The notes under the pieces: generated by a model
Database searches by the model: none
What the model was told of the DNA's origin: nothing
What the model saw: the letters and a program-made list of their open reading frames with translations, nothing else
NCBI RefSeq assembly: GCF_018977255.1
Contig: NW_024704743.1
Span: 112,532,001 to 112,596,000, forward strand
DNA: 64,000 nt
Reading direction: 5' to 3'
Source of the DNA: Callorhinchus milii
Lineage: Eukaryota
Part shown: piece by piece, positions 61,518-64,000 of the stretch
Numbering within the stretch: the first letter of the stretch is position 1
Layout of the letters: each line of letters starts with the position of its first letter
Translations under genes and position numbers: made by a program

Positions 61518-62101
61518 CAGTAAAACGGATACAACACATACAGTGGGGACCACAACATTTAATATGATTTACGCAAAGTCTGAGTTTCACGCAAACTGTA
61601 TAAATCGTATAAAATCCGATTTCATCAATAGTCTACACTGTTCAATTCAATTCAATGCAGCTAATAAGTGTGCATGCGAGACCTTGTCACTGTAGCTGGT
61701 TTGTGCATGGGTGACGGGTCAAAAATACATTTCCTGCGATTCAATGCCTCGTGACCAGTCGCCGCACGAGCACTTACTGGCAAGCATCAGAATCACATTG
61801 AATCGAAGGAAATAAAATTCTTCTACGCATGTGGCGATGGATCAAGACTTGATTCAATGCAGCTGGCTGGTAAGTTTGCATCCGTTCACGGGTCAGGACA
61901 TTATTTACTGCGATTCCATGTAACTGGTAAGTGTGGGAGTAAAGGAGGCTAGGGGAGCAGCGTTACGAGTTAAGAGATGATAAATAAGAGTAGACCAAAG
62001 AAATCTAAGTGGTTCGATAGGAAATTGAATGGGACTTGGGCTTATGCACAACATAGCCCGTTATACGATTTATAAAGATACGACTTATGCAAGTTTTACT
62101 G
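61518..62101. mobile_element. Tc1/mariner (Tigger-like) non-autonomous element in GDAP1 intron 2
   Basis: TA|CAGTAAAAC ... GTTTTACTG|TA termini. Subterminal inverted repeat tataaatcgtataa / ttatacgatttata. Internal degenerate repeats of gattcaatgc. Confidence 0.78.
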
Positions 62102-63371
62102 TATCAATTTGTTTGGAAATACAGACCCTGAATGCACATATTACCCCAAATAATTTTTAGAATTTCATGAGCATACCTCACAACGCTTGCACCTTAGAAA
62201 CTCAACATGCTACTTCAAAATCACTAGCATTTGATCCAACAAAGGAATAACTGTGAAAAAAGGCAAAAGAAATATTCAAAAAAGTACTGAAAAACTAACA
62301 AATGGAAGGTTAATAAATGAATTACGCTCAATAACATGAACGTGAAAACAACATTAACTTAAAACCCCAAATGAAAAATGAAGGTAACAGATTAAACATC
62401 AAACAAAATTCTTATGTGCCTACAGCATATTCAAGTATACTTTCTATGTGAACTTTATTTGAGAATCACAAAGAACAAATAGTGGTAATAATACTAATTT
62501 ATGTGTGTTAAATTAACAATAACTCTTGGATTTGATATAGTGCCTGCCTTTCACATCAAGAGGACATTTCAAAGCACTTTACAGGATTCACTGTAACGTG
62601 TGGGGACTGTGTATTTTGTAGGCGAACGGGGCATACAAGTTGTGCACAGCAATATCCCAAAAAAAGCCAAAGTTTGATGATGAGCAAAATGTCAAAGTGG
62701 ACCGCATTTATAATGAACTGAATGTATCCTGCACCTGCACATTAGGATGAAATGTGAAGAGTTCACCTAAAAAAACAGGCAGAAAATTATATATGCAGAC
62801 TAGTTCCACAGCTGAAAAGGATGGCTTCTTTTCGACTATACAAACAGGGGTGACTAATTGTTTTGTTTTGTGTTTTTTGTTATGCTTTCAGTCTCTCACT
62901 TGGAAGTATGAAATCACAATGTATGTTAATTACTTACCAGGCAAGGAGCTTTTTTGAGGTTACAAGAAAGAAAACAAGCTTGAAATTTGAAATAAAAAAC
63001 AAAGAGAACACAGAAAAATCCATGAAAAGTAAATTAAGACATCTTTGTTTTAAAAAGCATGAGATGTTCGAAAATATTTTGAAAAATAGCTATGAAAGTT
63101 GATACAATGTGTTCTCTGTCGTTTGCTTTACTATAATGTCTGTCAGTCTATGCTGGAATGTCATCTTTTAAAATACTTGGTGGTGTGTGAGTTCAAGCAT
63201 TTCCAGCCAAATAAAGGTTTATTGTTTGCTTGAGTTACAATTTGTGTGTGAAGTCAGAAAGCTGATTGTTTAGACAATTATCCTGGACAAAACAGGATGC
63301 TCTGCACCTACTGGCAGCCTGTTGGGAGAGACATAGCGCTCCTAAAATAAGACCCCAAAAGCAACCATTAC

Positions 63372-63564
63372 CATCAACAAAGGTTTTTTCCAGATAGTCA
63401 ATGATCTGGGTGGATTCACAGATAATCTTGTCTGTATGACTCAACACAGGCACCTCTCCTGTTGGGTTCAAATGCATAAACCAAGGTTCGTTGTGTTCAC
63501 TTAAAGGAAGATTGACATCATACTCTTCGCATTTTAGACCCTTTTCCGCAATAACCAAACGAAC
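63372..63564 (-). CDS. GDAP1: GDAP1 coding exon 2 (GST N-terminal domain)
   Basis: Translates VRLVIAEKGLKCEEYDVNLPLSEHNEPWFMHLNPTGEVPVLSHTDKIICESTQIIDYLEKTFVD, recognisably vertebrate GDAP1. Acceptor tttcag|GTT, donor GATG|gtaatg, 193 bp. Exon 1 is not in the window. Confidence 0.96.
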
Positions 63565-64000
63565 CTGAAACAAAGCAGCATAAAGGCAAAGAGAGCGAAG
63601 AAATTATTAGCAATAGTATCTTATGTTTAACAAGTTTCAGTAATTTAGTTATTACGCACTGGGTAACCCACTCCACAAATTTAACCTGCTCATCAAAATT
63701 TCAGCAGATCTGTGGCTTCTGAATCCATTTTGACTCATTTTCAAAGCTTTCGCACTTTTAAAATAAAGGCAAAGTAATTCTGCAAAACATTTGACCAATC
63801 TCCTGAATACGGCTAAATTATCCAGGTATCAATATTATCCATTTTTCACAAACCAACATCCCAACTCCTGTAAGGTCTTATCCTCTATACAATCCCCAAA
63901 TTATTTCTCACAAGAGTTTGGCTTTGTGCTACAAATCTACATCCAAAGAAAACTAACAATGTGGGGGGTAAACGCCACAGAGTAAACACAGCTATATGTT

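Noticed and set aside
63235..63371. C-terminal part of ORF 63235..63573 as GDAP1 coding sequence
   Set aside because: It is read-through past the gtaatg donor into intron 2. GDAP1 similarity stops at TFVD.

Overview
Eukaryotic (vertebrate) genomic DNA, most likely a cartilaginous fish (chimaera/shark type), judged from its repeat families. The only real protein-coding gene is GDAP1 on the minus strand. Coding exons 2-6 lie at 63372-63564, 61131-61304, 59387-59481, 58441-58555 and 57290-57633, with GT-AG introns and phases that join in frame. Exon 1 lies beyond the window end. The other ~57 kb downstream of GDAP1 is gene-poor and packed with retroposons: L2-clade LINE fragments with several different 3' tails, CR1 LINE fragments and two tRNA-derived SINE families carrying Deu-domain sequence. 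It also holds a hAT DNA transposon remnant with TIRs and an 8-bp TSD, Tc1/mariner-type MITEs and Penelope-type fragments with degenerate hammerhead ribozyme motifs. Nearly all ORFs in the supplied track are LINE reverse-transcriptase debris or SINE-derived noise. The most interesting signals are five: a modular SINE (tRNA-Ala head, CORE-like box, partial Deu domain, L2 tail), a covarying 3' stem-loop shared by the SINEs and L2 subfamilies, hammerhead motifs, a three-level nested insertion, and antisense insertions that truncate where they mirror their host. I found no well-supported novel protein-coding system. Repeat boundaries are approximate and family names come from recalled consensus similarity, not from a search.
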